Shown here piece after piece: positions 18,755-29,162 of a stretch of 64,000 bases of DNA. A model generated the notes under the pieces. The model was given only the letters and a program-made list of their open reading frames with translations. It was not told the origin of the DNA and searched no databases. The stretch is from contig OZ242010.1 of the NCBI GenBank assembly GCA_965204745.1, forward strand, positions 2,240,001-2,304,000. The letters run 5' to 3'. The number at the start of each line of letters is the position of its first letter. Positions within the stretch are counted from its first letter, which is position 1. The translations under genes and the position numbers were made by a program. The stretch is from Candidatus Latescibacterota bacterium (GTDB lineage: Bacteria; Latescibacterota; UBA2968).

Positions 18755-19921
18755 ATGGTACATTATGATCGGCGGTTAAAAATTGCGTTGCCCAGCAGAC
18801 AATCGGCCTTTTTGTGGGGGCCGCGCAAAACCGGCAAATCCACCTATCTCAAAGCAACATTTCCCAACAGCTTGGTCTATGACTTTCTGAAGACGGATCT
18901 GATGTTGGATTTTAACCGGCGGCCGGCCCTGTTGCGCGAGCAACTTCTCGCACAGCCCGATGCGGTGCTGGCGCGTCCGATTATCTTGGACGAGGTGCAG
19001 CGCGTGCCGCTCGTGTTGGACGAAGTGCATTGGCTCATCGAAAACAAGGGGTTGCGTTTTATCCTGTGCGGCTCCAGTGCGCGAAAGCTCAAGCGGGGCC
19101 GGGCGAATTTGCTCGGTGGTCGCGCGTGGCGATACGAGATGTTTCCGCTGGTGACAGATGAGTTGCCCGATAGCGATGTGGATCTGTTGACCATTTTGAA
19201 TCGCGGGCTGATACCCGATCATTTTGCCACCGCGCAATACCGCCGTTCCCTGAATGCCTATTTGCAAGATTACCTAAAGGAGGAAGTTTTTGCCGAGGGG
19301 TTGACGCGCAATATCCCGGCGTTTTCCAGATTTTTTGACGCGCTTGGATACACACACGGCGAGTTGACCAATTTTTCCAATATCGCACGCGAGTGCGGCG
19401 TGAGTTCCAAAACCGTGAAGGAGTATTATCAGATTCTCGTGGATACGCTTTTGGGGCGCGTGGTCGAACCGTTCAAAAGACGCCAAAGTCGCCAAGTGAT
19501 TTCCAAAGCATCCAAGTTCTATTTGTTCGATGTGGGCGTGGCCGGCGCGCTTGCAAAACGGCATTTGCCAGACGCGCACGGCGAGGTTTTTGGCAAGGCG
19601 TTTGAGCACTTTATTTTTGTCGAACTGGCCGCGCATGCTTCTTATGGCGCGTTGAATTACGACATTCACTTTTGGCGCACCAAGTCCGGGTTGGAGGTCG
19701 ATTTTGTGCTGGGCAATGGCGAGGTGGCCCTCGAGGTCAAAGGCGCGAGGCGAATAGATAACAAAACTCTCCGGCCCCTGCACGCATTTATCGAGGAATA
19801 CGCGCCCAAAAAAGCACTCCTCGTTTGCAATGAAACCGCAGAACGCGCGGTTGGCCCCATTCGCATTGTCCCGTGGAAAATATTTTTGCAATCGCTATGG
19901 GCAGGTGAGGTGATTTCGTGA
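18755..19921 (+). CDS. AAA-family ATPase with DUF4143 and a C-terminal PD-(D/E)XK-like domain
   Basis: Walker A GPRKTGKS; Walker B LDEVQ; CGSS; LLGGRA; KFYLFDVG; FWRTKSGLEVDFV...LEVK. Confidence 0.85.
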   Translation: MVHYDRRLKIALPSRQSAFLWGPRKTGKSTYLKATFPNSLVYDFLKTDLMLDFNRRPALLREQLLAQPDAVLARPIILDEVQRVPLVLDEVHWLIENKGLRFILCGSSARKLKRGRANLLGGRAWRYEMFPLVTDELPDSDVDLLTILNRGLIPDHFATAQYRRSLNAYLQDYLKEEVFAEGLTRNIPAFSRFFDALGYTHGELTNFSNIARECGVSSKTVKEYYQILVDTLLGRVVEPFKRRQSRQVISKASKFYLFDVGVAGALAKRHLPDAHGEVFGKAFEHFIFVELAAHASYGALNYDIHFWRTKSGLEVDFVLGNGEVALEVKGARRIDNKTLRPLHAFIEEYAPKKALLVCNETAERAVGPIRIVPWKIFLQSLWAGEVIS

Positions 19922-19960
19922 TGGGCATAACGGGGACTGGGGGGATAGGGCTTGCGAGGT

Positions 19961-20185
19961 GGGACCTACCCCCTGGCCCCGTTACTCGCTACGCTTCGTT
20001 GTAGGCTACGCCTGTGCCTGCGAGGAAGGGGGAATGGCGAAAGGTTTTGCGAGGGATTTGCGCGAGATTGGGTTTCTATGGCATTATCCATTCGCCCAAA
20101 GCCATCAAAACAGCCCTGGATGCAACCCTTTAAGAAAGCCATGCGCTCCCCCTTTCCTCGTAGGAAAGGGGGCCGGGGGGATAGG
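19961..20185. repeat. Family B palindromic repeat (CCCCTTCCTxxxAGGAAGGGG), composite
   Basis: Shares blocks with 2163-2204, 32750-32981 and 41051-41656, including an insert GTTACTCGCTACGCTTCGTTGTAGGCTACGCCTGTGCC also found near 41071. Confidence 0.75.
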
Positions 20186-20287
20186 TTTTGCGGTAGGGTG
20201 GTGTGGGGTAATCCGCGCAATCCCCTAATCCGTTTAATCCGCGATTCAGACACGGCAGGGCGGAAAGGACGGGCATGCCTTGCCTTC

Positions 20288-21121
20288 TTATGTGGTTGCG
20301 TCTAGTTGCTTTCGTCCGCCCAGTGTCGCGCCGCCGTCGATAGTCAGGGCTTGGCCCGTGATGTTTTTTCCCTTGTCGCTACACAAAAAGACGACCATGT
20401 GCCCCACGTCATCCGGGGTTTGTTCCCTGCCCAGGGGCACGCTGTTGCGGATCACATCGTCGAAAATTTGCCGGGCCGTGAACTTCTCGTACGCCGGGTT
20501 GGCGCCTTGGATTTGAGACGCGATCATCTGCCACGCGCGCGTCCACAGATAGCCCGGGCAGATCGCGTTCACCCTGATGCCGCGACCGGCGAGTTGGCGG
20601 GCCAAGGTGCGGGTCAAGTGAATCACCCCGGCCTTGGCCGCGCCATAGGCCGGCATGGAAACGCTGGGCATCAGCGCGGCAATCGACGCGATGTTCACGA
20701 TGCTGGAGCCGCGACCGAGATGCGGAATGGCTGCGCGGGAAGACACAAAGACCGTGCGGAGATTGGTCCGCAACTGCGCGTCCCAGCCCTCGGCGGACAA
20801 TTCGGTCAGCGGGATTTCCAATGACGCCTGGGCCGCATGGGTATCCGGCCCCCCGATGCCCGCGTTGTTGACCAAAATATCCAGCGCGCCGAATTTTGCC
20901 ACGACCCGCTCGAGTGCCGAGCGCATCGCGGCTTCATCAGACGCATCCGCGCACACGCCTATCGCCTGCGTCGCCAGCGTCCCCGCGGTCTCCTCTGCGC
21001 CCTCGGCATCCAAATCCACAATCGCAACCCGCGCGCCCGCACCTGACATAAGTTTTGCTATTGCCGCGCCAATCCCCCGCGCCGCGCCGGTGATGAGTGC
21101 GACTCGACCGTCTAAATCCAT
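20288..21121 (-). CDS. Short-chain dehydrogenase/reductase (SDR)
   Basis: TGAARGIG, NNAG, YGAAK, RVNAICPG and ITGQALTIDGG. Confidence 0.92.
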   Translation of the reverse strand: MDLDGRVALITGAARGIGAAIAKLMSGAGARVAIVDLDAEGAEETAGTLATQAIGVCADASDEAAMRSALERVVAKFGALDILVNNAGIGGPDTHAAQASLEIPLTELSAEGWDAQLRTNLRTVFVSSRAAIPHLGRGSSIVNIASIAALMPSVSMPAYGAAKAGVIHLTRTLARQLAGRGIRVNAICPGYLWTRAWQMIASQIQGANPAYEKFTARQIFDDVIRNSVPLGREQTPDDVGHMVVFLCSDKGKNITGQALTIDGGATLGGRKQLDATT

Positions 21122-21170
21122 GTGGCTATACCTCGCGTTTTGCGCTGTGAAGGCGACCGCGCCCCCACAG

Positions 21171-24077
21171 TCATCTGCGTTCATCTGCGGATGGTTTTTC
21201 GCGGTTCTCCATCAACTCCAACCCCAGTGTCTTCCCCTTTTCCACCGCGGGAATGCCCTCGGCCATCCACGCGGGTGCGGGTGCGTCTTTGAGGTGGTGG
21301 TCGAAAAACTGTTGCAAGCGGATGCTCCAATCCCTGCGGTTGTGGTGTTTGCGAATGCCGTGCGCCTCGCCATTGTAATTGACCAGATACGCGGGTTTGC
21401 CCAAGCGGCGCAGGGCCACAAAGAGTTCAATTCCCTGGTACCACGGCACCGCGCCGTCCTCGTCATTGTGCAAAATGAGCAGCGGCGTTTGAATTTTATC
21501 TGCCCAGAAAATCGGCGAATTTTCGATAAACCGCATCGGGGCCTCCCACAATGACCCGCCAATGCGGCTTTGGGTTCTTTCGTACTGCATCATGCGGCTC
21601 AGGCCCGAACCCCAGCGGATGCCGCCGTACGCGCTGACCATGTTCGACACGGGCGCGCCGGCCTCGGCTGCGCGGAAGATATTGGTGCGCGTGATCATAT
21701 ACGCGATCTGGTACCCGCCCCAACTGTGGCCTTGCACGCCGATGCGGTCCGGATGTACAAAGCCCTGGTTGACGAGATGCGTCACCCCAGAAACGACCGC
21801 GTTGACCGCGCTCTCCCCCGGAAAACCGACTTTGTAGGGAATGTCCGGGATGAACACGAGGTACCCCCGGCTCACGTAAAAGGGAAAATTGATCGACCCG
21901 CCAGAAGTTCGGGGCGTGCGGTGGGCGTGGAGCTGATGCGACATCCGCTCGTAAAAATAAACCAGCATGGGGTATTTTTTTGCTGGGTCAAACCCCTCGG
22001 GCTTGTACAAAATGCCCTGCAACACCTCGCCGTCGAGCGAGATCCAGTCCACGAGTTCGGCAGTGCCCCACAAATAATCCTTTTGCTGCGGGTTGACCTC
22101 GCTGATCTTCCGCGCATTTTGAAACCCGAGATCAGCCATCCACAGATCCGGATACTCTGCAAAATCCGATTGCCTGAACAGCAACACCTCCGCGTCCTCG
22201 GCCTTTTTCACATCGAGAAACCGCTTGTCGCGCCTGATGAGTTCGACCGGCGCGTCCCCGCCCGCGATCCGATCTCGGTAATAGCCCATCGCCTTGGTCT
22301 CGCGGTGAACCCCGGAAAACAACAACTCGGCTTTGGGATCGCGCGCGCGCTCCTCCGGGTCGAGACGCACGTACCGAAAGCGCGTCTCGGTCTCTCGACC
22401 AACCCCTTCGGTGATGGCGATAGGCGCGTTGCGCCCATTGGGATCCACGAGCCAAATATCGTAGCGGTCATAAATGAGAAATCCCTTGTCGCCGGTTGTC
22501 CACCCGGCATTGCCGTGAGCATCTGGCGGATAGGGGTGGTCGTGCAACTCATCGTGCAGCGGATGGGGAATATGCTTCCCCGCGTTGATGCGAATCGCGT
22601 TTTTGACCTGTTGCACGTACCAGGTCTTTTGCACCCGATCCCACCAATAAATATACTTGGACTCGGGCGAAAAATTGGGCCGCGCCTGCTGCTTGGTCAA
22701 CACGCGCCGAGACGCGCCGGTCTTGACGTCGATCAAATAACTGTCGTAATAGGCCGGCGTATCCCAAGAAATGAGTTGGCGATAGGGCAGAATCGAATAG
22801 CCTATCGCAACATCCGCCTCGCCCTCGCTTCCCAAGCGAATGTCGGGAATGGTCTCGGTGGCGAGTTGCACCACTTTGCCATTGTTCAGGTGAACCACTG
22901 CGCGATAGGCGCGCTCGCGCTCGTCTTTGGCGTCTTTGAGTTGCATGGGCTGGAGGTACGGGTCTTGCCAGTTCCAGATATCGACCACCACCTTTTCGTC
23001 GTCGGGCGTGTCGTCATCCGCTTCCGGTTCTGGCCGGGGCGCCGTGCCAAAAAACAGGCGTTTGCCATCTTTGGAAAACGAGAGGTTGCCGCGTTCGCTG
23101 ACCCACCAGTTGGCCGGGATGCCCGGCGTATTTGATCGGGCGCGCACTTTTGCCCGATCTTTTGACCCCACGCGCCAGGAATAGAGGGCGTACTCTTGTT
23201 GCTCTGTGTCAAAGCTGTCGCGGTTGGCGACAAATGCGAGCTGGGTACTGGACTCGTCGCAAGTGATCTTTTTGTAATCCCCCGCGCCGCGCAGAACAAC
23301 CGTGGAATCGCCCGTGCTCGTGCGGATGGCATAGATCCCATCGGCGGTGCTGTCTTTGCTCGCAGCGGCAAAAATGAGATGCGCGCCGTTTTCCGTGAAC
23401 GCATAAGAAACCACATGGGCGTATCGCGTTTCCGCGCCCGTTTGCAGGTTGCGAAGCACGAGCGTCGTGCCCTCGGCTTTTTTGCGTTTCTTCTTTTTGT
23501 CGTCCTTTTCTCCTTCCTTTTTCGCTTTCTTCCCTTCTGTCTTCTCGGGTTCCGGTTCTTCTTTGCCCGCGGATGTCTTCTCCTTTTTCGCTTTTGTGCT
23601 GTCCTTTTTCGCCACTTCCTTCTCCAGCAAATACGCGACCCAATCGCTGTTTTCTTTGGGCAATTTGAAAAATTTGACCCGCGCTGCCTTAAAGAGATCG
23701 CCCGTTTCGAGCGCGAGGACCCCGAGCGAATCCTTGGGCGATTCCTCCGGCTTCTTCTCGTCGCGCTTTGCCTGCTTCACCGAATCCTCAAACGCCTTGA
23801 TGAGCGCGATCACATAGCGCGAATCCCTCGTAAATCGCACGGATGCCCCCCGCGGGATCGCGTACGTGCGGTCGTCCCCAAGGCTCACGATGCGGAGTTC
23901 CAAGTCCTTTTCCTCTGGCCCAACAGACAGAAAAGCCCATTGCCCATTGCTGGAAATCGCATGGGCGCGCATGCGATTCCACACGTCATACGCATCGTGA
24001 TCCAACGGCTTCTTCTCGCCAAAAACAGCCGCCGCCAAAACCATCAAAACCGACAACACACCGAAACCCAAACGCAT
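21171..24077 (-). CDS. Secreted S9 prolyl oligopeptidase family peptidase
   Basis: Signal peptide (ATG 24077); GHSWGGY nucleophile, HNDEDGAVP and GEAH catalytic triad motifs; beta-propeller N-terminal region. Confidence 0.9.
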   Translation of the reverse strand: MRLGFGVLSVLMVLAAAVFGEKKPLDHDAYDVWNRMRAHAISSNGQWAFLSVGPEEKDLELRIVSLGDDRTYAIPRGASVRFTRDSRYVIALIKAFEDSVKQAKRDEKKPEESPKDSLGVLALETGDLFKAARVKFFKLPKENSDWVAYLLEKEVAKKDSTKAKKEKTSAGKEEPEPEKTEGKKAKKEGEKDDKKKKRKKAEGTTLVLRNLQTGAETRYAHVVSYAFTENGAHLIFAAASKDSTADGIYAIRTSTGDSTVVLRGAGDYKKITCDESSTQLAFVANRDSFDTEQQEYALYSWRVGSKDRAKVRARSNTPGIPANWWVSERGNLSFSKDGKRLFFGTAPRPEPEADDDTPDDEKVVVDIWNWQDPYLQPMQLKDAKDERERAYRAVVHLNNGKVVQLATETIPDIRLGSEGEADVAIGYSILPYRQLISWDTPAYYDSYLIDVKTGASRRVLTKQQARPNFSPESKYIYWWDRVQKTWYVQQVKNAIRINAGKHIPHPLHDELHDHPYPPDAHGNAGWTTGDKGFLIYDRYDIWLVDPNGRNAPIAITEGVGRETETRFRYVRLDPEERARDPKAELLFSGVHRETKAMGYYRDRIAGGDAPVELIRRDKRFLDVKKAEDAEVLLFRQSDFAEYPDLWMADLGFQNARKISEVNPQQKDYLWGTAELVDWISLDGEVLQGILYKPEGFDPAKKYPMLVYFYERMSHQLHAHRTPRTSGGSINFPFYVSRGYLVFIPDIPYKVGFPGESAVNAVVSGVTHLVNQGFVHPDRIGVQGHSWGGYQIAYMITRTNIFRAAEAGAPVSNMVSAYGGIRWGSGLSRMMQYERTQSRIGGSLWEAPMRFIENSPIFWADKIQTPLLILHNDEDGAVPWYQGIELFVALRRLGKPAYLVNYNGEAHGIRKHHNRRDWSIRLQQFFDHHLKDAPAPAWMAEGIPAVEKGKTLGLELMENREKPSADERR

Positions 24078-24248
24078 GGCAAACCCCTCGATAACAGGTG
24101 ACGAAAATCGAACGCTACCCAATATAACAGATACCCGCGCCGTGGAAAAACAAAAGCGGATTCGCCACAAAGACGCTTGCAACACTGTCACTTTTACCCT
24201 ACATTTTAAGATATGAACGAACCATCGCGATTCTAATGGAGGCGAAAG

Positions 24249-24674
24249 ATGACTGTTTCGACACTCGCCATCCCCAAATGGCACGGGCAAAGCATTATGG
24301 ACGAGCCTGCATTGCTGGAAGGCCGTCTGATGGCCGTGAATTGGGCCTGCGGCACAGCGGAGTTACACCGTAGGCATGGGGCGGTTGTGCCCTTGTGTTT
24401 TGGCCCCGCGCTCAACGACGCCGTGCGCGGCCTAACAACGCAACACGTCGAGATCAGAGGCCGCGGCCGCTTCAACGCCGAGGATCGGTGGGAGGTGGTT
24501 TGCGTGGAGCAAATCACCGGCACGCGGTCATTGTCAGAGCCGTTCGACCTCGAGGCATTTCGCAACAACCCCAATCCGAAGATATTCGACCCGGATAAAG
24601 TCATCGCGCTCGACCTAACGCAAGAAGAGTGGGAATCTTTCAACCGTGCGATACGCGAAGGAAGGGATGCCTGA
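24249..24674 (+). CDS. Hypothetical protein, probable antitoxin
   Basis: TGATG overlap with the downstream PIN gene; C-terminus LTQEEWESFNRAIREGR; the start could be ATG 24297. Confidence 0.5.
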   Translation: MTVSTLAIPKWHGQSIMDEPALLEGRLMAVNWACGTAELHRRHGAVVPLCFGPALNDAVRGLTTQHVEIRGRGRFNAEDRWEVVCVEQITGTRSLSEPFDLEAFRNNPNPKIFDPDKVIALDLTQEEWESFNRAIREGRDA

Positions 24675-25084
24675 TGCTTGCGAGTTTGCCCATCGTGCTC
24701 GATACCAGTGTCGTCTCAATACTCATGCGCCGAGAAGAATCGGCTACCTACTACTTGGATCGGACAGAGGGACGGCGTGCGGTCATTTCGTTCCAAACGC
24801 TGGAAGAGTTGTGGTTTGGTGCCTACAAAAGAGGCTGGGGCGACAGACAGATGAATGCCCTAAGGCAAAGCCTTGACCTATATGAAGTTCTGTGGCCGAA
24901 CATCGACATGGTGTATATCTCCGCGCATCTCCGTAGCCAACGGGAGTACGCGGGCCGCAGGCTAAACACAGCAGATTCATGGATCGCCGCAACCGCGATT
25001 GTGTTGGGTTGTCCCCTTGCGTCCCATGATCGAGACTTCTCCGGCATTCCCGGTTTGGAACTCATCCGAGCACCGTCACCATAA
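24674..25084 (+). CDS. vapC: PIN-domain (VapC-like) toxin
   Basis: VLDTSVV, TLEEL, ADSWIAATA and LASHDRDF. Confidence 0.85.
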   Translation: MLASLPIVLDTSVVSILMRREESATYYLDRTEGRRAVISFQTLEELWFGAYKRGWGDRQMNALRQSLDLYEVLWPNIDMVYISAHLRSQREYAGRRLNTADSWIAATAIVLGCPLASHDRDFSGIPGLELIRAPSP

Positions 25085-25110
25085 CCCGCCAAGCCCTGTG
25101 CAGAAAATAG

Positions 25111-25142
25111 AAAAGCCGACGCTATGCAAACGTCGGCTTTTT
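25111..25142. terminator. Bidirectional terminator between convergent genes
   Basis: AAAAGCCGACG-ctatgcaaa-CGTCGGCTTTT. Confidence 0.6.
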
Positions 25143-25170
25143 CGTTGAAGTCCTTTTTTGACCAGATCAA

Positions 25171-26367
25171 TCACGTTTCCCGAAAGATCGTGTTCTCGCG
25201 CTCAAACCACTTGGCGCATCCGTATAGGCTAAGGCCCGCGAGGGCGATGAGCGAGGCATAGACCTCGAGCAACAAGGGAAAGGTGATGGTGCCGGACAAA
25301 ATATCTTTGGTCGCGAGGGAGATATTCAAAACCGGGATGAATGCCGTCACCGCATCGAGTTCAACGCCGGGCAAAAGCCCGAGCGCCGCGGGAACGATGA
25401 TCACGATATTGAGCGGCGTCATAATGCTCTGCGCCTCTTTGAAAGACCTGGCAAAAATGGACAGAGACATCAGCGCAGCCGCAAAAAAGATGATCAGGGG
25501 CAAAAACAGGGAAATGACCAAGAGAACCGAGGCAATGTCGAACGTCCCTTGCAGGGCTTGGAGAATTTTTGCGACGAGTTCCCGGCTAAGAAAAAACACA
25601 GAAAAAAGACCGATAAAACTGACGGTCACGGAAACGAATCCCGATAGCACGATCACACCACATTTGCCCAGCAAGATATGAAACCTGCTGACCGGTGCCA
25701 CGAGCAACGTCTCCAGCGTGCCGCGTTCTTTCTCTCCCGCGCCCAAGTCGATGGCCGGATACATACACCCCATAAACCCCATCAACACAAAAATATAAGG
25801 CAAAAACCCTCCGATGCTCTTTCCCACTTTCTCCCGCACAGACGCGATGTCGTGGCGTTGGACCTGCACGGGATCCACGATCTTTCGGTCGAGCGAAAGC
25901 CGCTGGAATCGGTCATCCACGAGTTGATTTTCGTAGTGCCGAATCAAACTGGTCAGGCGCGTGCGCGACTCGTTTAAGTTCTTGGACGAATTGAAATAGA
26001 GGTGAATCCGACCCGATTGCAAATCCGCGACTCGCGCGTCGAATTGCGCGTCAAAGCGAATCGCCGCATCCAAGCTGTCGGATTGAATCAAAGCGCGGAT
26101 CTCGTCCTCGCGCACATCTTCCCGAATCTTCAAATCCCCGCGCTTGAGCAAGGTATCGCGGAACGCAACCGCATTGCCGTGCGCGATCAACGCCACCGCG
26201 AGCGTTTTCGTCTTCGCCTTCTTCGCTTGCCGCATCGTCACCGCGCCCACGAGCGTGATCAACACCGGAAACAACAGCATCGGCAGGACGATCATCATCA
26301 CCATCGACCGCCTGTCGCGGGTAATGTCCTTGAACTCTTTTTTGAAAATCGTCAAAATGGGTTTCAC
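25171..26367 (-). CDS. natB: ABC-2 exporter permease, NatB-like
   Basis: IFKKEFKDITRDRR, AIDLGAGEKERGTLETLL and ARSFKEAQ; GTG start after AGGAG. Confidence 0.8.
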   Translation of the reverse strand: MKPILTIFKKEFKDITRDRRSMVMMIVLPMLLFPVLITLVGAVTMRQAKKAKTKTLAVALIAHGNAVAFRDTLLKRGDLKIREDVREDEIRALIQSDSLDAAIRFDAQFDARVADLQSGRIHLYFNSSKNLNESRTRLTSLIRHYENQLVDDRFQRLSLDRKIVDPVQVQRHDIASVREKVGKSIGGFLPYIFVLMGFMGCMYPAIDLGAGEKERGTLETLLVAPVSRFHILLGKCGVIVLSGFVSVTVSFIGLFSVFFLSRELVAKILQALQGTFDIASVLLVISLFLPLIIFFAAALMSLSIFARSFKEAQSIMTPLNIVIIVPAALGLLPGVELDAVTAFIPVLNISLATKDILSGTITFPLLLEVYASLIALAGLSLYGCAKWFERENTIFRET

Positions 26368-26420
26368 AACGACCTCTCCTGAAAATTGGAATTGTCCCAA
26401 TAGATGAAAACCTTTTTCAT
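26364..26420 (-). other. 18-codon mini-ORF MKKVFIYWDNSNFQERSL, resembling an NYN-domain N-terminus
   Basis: Strong RBS AGGAGA upstream; its TGA overlaps the natB GTG (GTGA). Confidence 0.45.
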
Positions 26421-26518
26421 GGTTCTATTCTCCTAACAAAACGAAAGGGGCTCTCGCCTCTGCGTTTGAAAATCAGCAAGTTGTTTTGCCGACCGCTGAC
26501 TCGCCCTTCAGCCATCTC

Positions 26519-27286
26519 TCATGCCTCTTCAACAATGCGAATAAACTCATCTTCGAGCGTAGGCGTTTGCATCTGATCCTGAAACTCCGCAAACGTCCCG
26601 TCGAACCGCAACTGGCCCTTGTGAATAATGGCGAGGTCGTCACTGAGCAGGCTGACTTCCCCCATGCGGTGCGTGGAAAACAGCACGGTCTTTCCCGCAT
26701 CTCGGCAGTTGCGGATGAGGCGCACAATATTGCGCGACGTGACGACGTCGAGACCGGCGGTGGGTTCGTCGAACACGATGACATCGGGATCGTGAATGAT
26801 CGTGCGTACTATCGACACCTTTTGCTTCATGCCCGTGGAGAGCTTGCCAATGCGCCGGTCTGCAAATCCCTCCATGTCCAGCAACCCAAAGAGATGATCG
26901 CGCCGCCCTTGGTAATCCGCGCGGTTCAAGCCGTGCAAGTCCGCGAAATACTGCACCATTTCATCGGGCGTCAAGCGGTCGTACAAACCCGTGTTGCCCG
27001 TGAGAAAGCCGAGGTTTTGGCGCGCGGCATGGCTTTGTTCGACCGTGTCGTATCCCGCCACGCTGATGCGACCCGAGGTGGGTTTGAGCATGGTGGCGAT
27101 CATCCGCAGCGCAGTGGTCTTGCCCGCGCCATTGGGTCCCAACAGCGCGAACACGCGCCCGGGCCGGCACGTAAAACTGATATGCTGCACCGCGTCAATG
27201 GTATTCCCCTGAAACCCATCCTCCATCTCCCGCTTCTGCTGCCGCGACAGGGTGAAGGTTTTGACAATATTCTCTACGACAACCAT
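26519..27286 (-). CDS. natA: ABC exporter ATP-binding protein, NatA-like
   Basis: GPNGAGKTT, LSTGMKQK, FDEPTAGLD and STH. Confidence 0.85.
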   Translation of the reverse strand: MVVVENIVKTFTLSRQQKREMEDGFQGNTIDAVQHISFTCRPGRVFALLGPNGAGKTTALRMIATMLKPTSGRISVAGYDTVEQSHAARQNLGFLTGNTGLYDRLTPDEMVQYFADLHGLNRADYQGRRDHLFGLLDMEGFADRRIGKLSTGMKQKVSIVRTIIHDPDVIVFDEPTAGLDVVTSRNIVRLIRNCRDAGKTVLFSTHRMGEVSLLSDDLAIIHKGQLRFDGTFAEFQDQMQTPTLEDEFIRIVEEA

Positions 27287-27347
27287 ACGCGCTCCGAGAT
27301 TGCGGTCCTAAAAGTGAGAAATCCAACTGCACTCCAACACTATATCA

Positions 27348-27790
27348 TACCAAATTGAATTGCTGTTGTCCTGATGCGATATGCAGACAGCAAGCGATCC
27401 CTTTGACGTTCCGCAATCATTCAGAGAAGCCCTTGCAACCATGCCATCGCAAAAGCCCATCAGCTAAAGCCATCACGCACAGCGCGCAAGTCCGTCTCGC
27501 AACCAACATCCATGTAGCAACCCACTTTGCAGGCTGGCGCATGTCGTCCTGCTACAAAAGCGCTTTGCGCTGTGCAAGCCCCTCGGCGTTTGAGAGCGGC
27601 ATTTTTTGCCTACTTTTTTTTGCTGTTGAAAAAAAGTAGGTCGCCGAAGGCATCGGAGGCAACCAACGAGGCTGTAGGACCAAACGCCTTAAATGAGCAA
27701 GCAACACATTTGCTACTCTGTGCATAACGTCAGGAAAAAAATAAAATGTCAACACAACCTACGCATTTCGATTCGTAGATGACCTAAACG
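27348..27790. mobile_element. Family A MITE copy (inverted), with an ATACCAAATTGA end
   Basis: Core 27404-27732 is the reverse complement of the 820-1146 core; AAATGTCAACACAACCTA end at about 27760. Confidence 0.75.
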
Positions 27791-27810
27791 GTCAGTTGTA
27801 CCCCATCCGT

Positions 27811-27845
27811 AGATTCGCCGATTCGCCGATTCGCCGATTCGCCGA
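27811..27845. repeat. Octamer tandem repeat GATTCGCC x4
   Basis: Read directly from the sequence. Confidence 0.85.
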
Positions 27846-27917
27846 AACGAACATTTGACTTTGCCCGTTAGACATTGCAACTTGCACGCCCACCTGATGC
27901 GACTCAAAGGAGAAACC

Positions 27918-29159
27918 ATGGACAAACTCAACCTCGCGCTGATCGGTTGCGGCGGCATGGGAACGCGCCATTTGTATGGGCTGCGCGAACTGGCACGGAC
28001 GCCGTTTAACAACATCGCATTGCGCGCCCTGTGCGACCTCAACCGCGACAACGCCGAACTCGCCGCACGCGAAGCCGAACACTTGCTCGGCTCAAAACCG
28101 CCCGTCTTTACCTCGCTGGAAGCGATGGTGCAAGCCATCCCGGATTTGATGGCGGTCGATGTCGTCACCGATCCCTCTGTACATCACACAGTAGCGTGTC
28201 AGGCATTGGATATGGGATTGCACGTACTGGTGGAAAAGCCCATGGCCATTTCCGTGAAAGCCTGCCATGCCATGATCGCCGCCGCCGAGCGCAACCGGTG
28301 CAAATTGTCAGTCGCGGAAAATTACCGCCGCGATCCCTCTGCCCGCTTGACCCGGCACTTGCTGGACACCGGGCGCATTGGCACGCCGTATATGGCGACG
28401 CTACACGCCTTGCGCGGGGGCGATGAAATTTTTATCACGCCTTGGCGACATTTGAAAGACCGCGGCGGGCCATTGATCGACATGGGCGTGCATTATGCGG
28501 ACCTGATCCGCTACCAACTCGGGGATGTGGCAGAGGTCTATGGCGATGCGCGCTTGGTGGCGCCCATCCGCAAAAAACAGCGGGCCATCCGCGACAGGTA
28601 CGCATTTTACCAGCAACGATTTCGCGCCATGCCCAGCGAAGTACCGGCCACAGCAGAAGACACGGCCATGGCGATGTTGAAGATGGAAAGCGGCGTAACC
28701 GTGAGTTTTATCATGGGCATTGCCGGGCACGGCGCGTGCCGCAGCCAGTTGATCTTGGGCGACAAGGGGTGCTTGCAGAGCTTTGGCAACCGCGGCGGTC
28801 AAGCGATCTGGCGATCCGCAGATGGCGCGGTGCGGGATCAGAATGCGATTTTAGACGCCATTGATGACTTTGAATTGCATCCGCTCTTAGACCACTTTTT
28901 CCCCACCGTGAACAGCGCGGGCGACCAGGCCGTGGATTGGAAATTGATCGCGTATGAACAATACGAACTCGCCTGCGCGGTCTTAAACGACGATCCCATC
29001 GAGGTGGATGGCACAGAAGGCATGAAAGACGTCGCCGCCATCTACGCGATCTGCGAATCCGCCCGCGCAGGCCGCACAGTGACAGCAACAGAGGTCGAGC
29101 GCGGAGATGTGTACGCCTACCAAGCAGAGATCGACGATGCGCTGGGGATAGATATTTGA
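27918..29159 (+). CDS. Gfo/Idh/MocA family oxidoreductase
   Basis: IGCGGMG, HVLVEKP, AENYR and DMGVHYAD; ATG 27918 after AAGGAG. Confidence 0.9.
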   Translation: MDKLNLALIGCGGMGTRHLYGLRELARTPFNNIALRALCDLNRDNAELAAREAEHLLGSKPPVFTSLEAMVQAIPDLMAVDVVTDPSVHHTVACQALDMGLHVLVEKPMAISVKACHAMIAAAERNRCKLSVAENYRRDPSARLTRHLLDTGRIGTPYMATLHALRGGDEIFITPWRHLKDRGGPLIDMGVHYADLIRYQLGDVAEVYGDARLVAPIRKKQRAIRDRYAFYQQRFRAMPSEVPATAEDTAMAMLKMESGVTVSFIMGIAGHGACRSQLILGDKGCLQSFGNRGGQAIWRSADGAVRDQNAILDAIDDFELHPLLDHFFPTVNSAGDQAVDWKLIAYEQYELACAVLNDDPIEVDGTEGMKDVAAIYAICESARAGRTVTATEVERGDVYAYQAEIDDALGIDI

Positions 29160-29162
29160 AAC

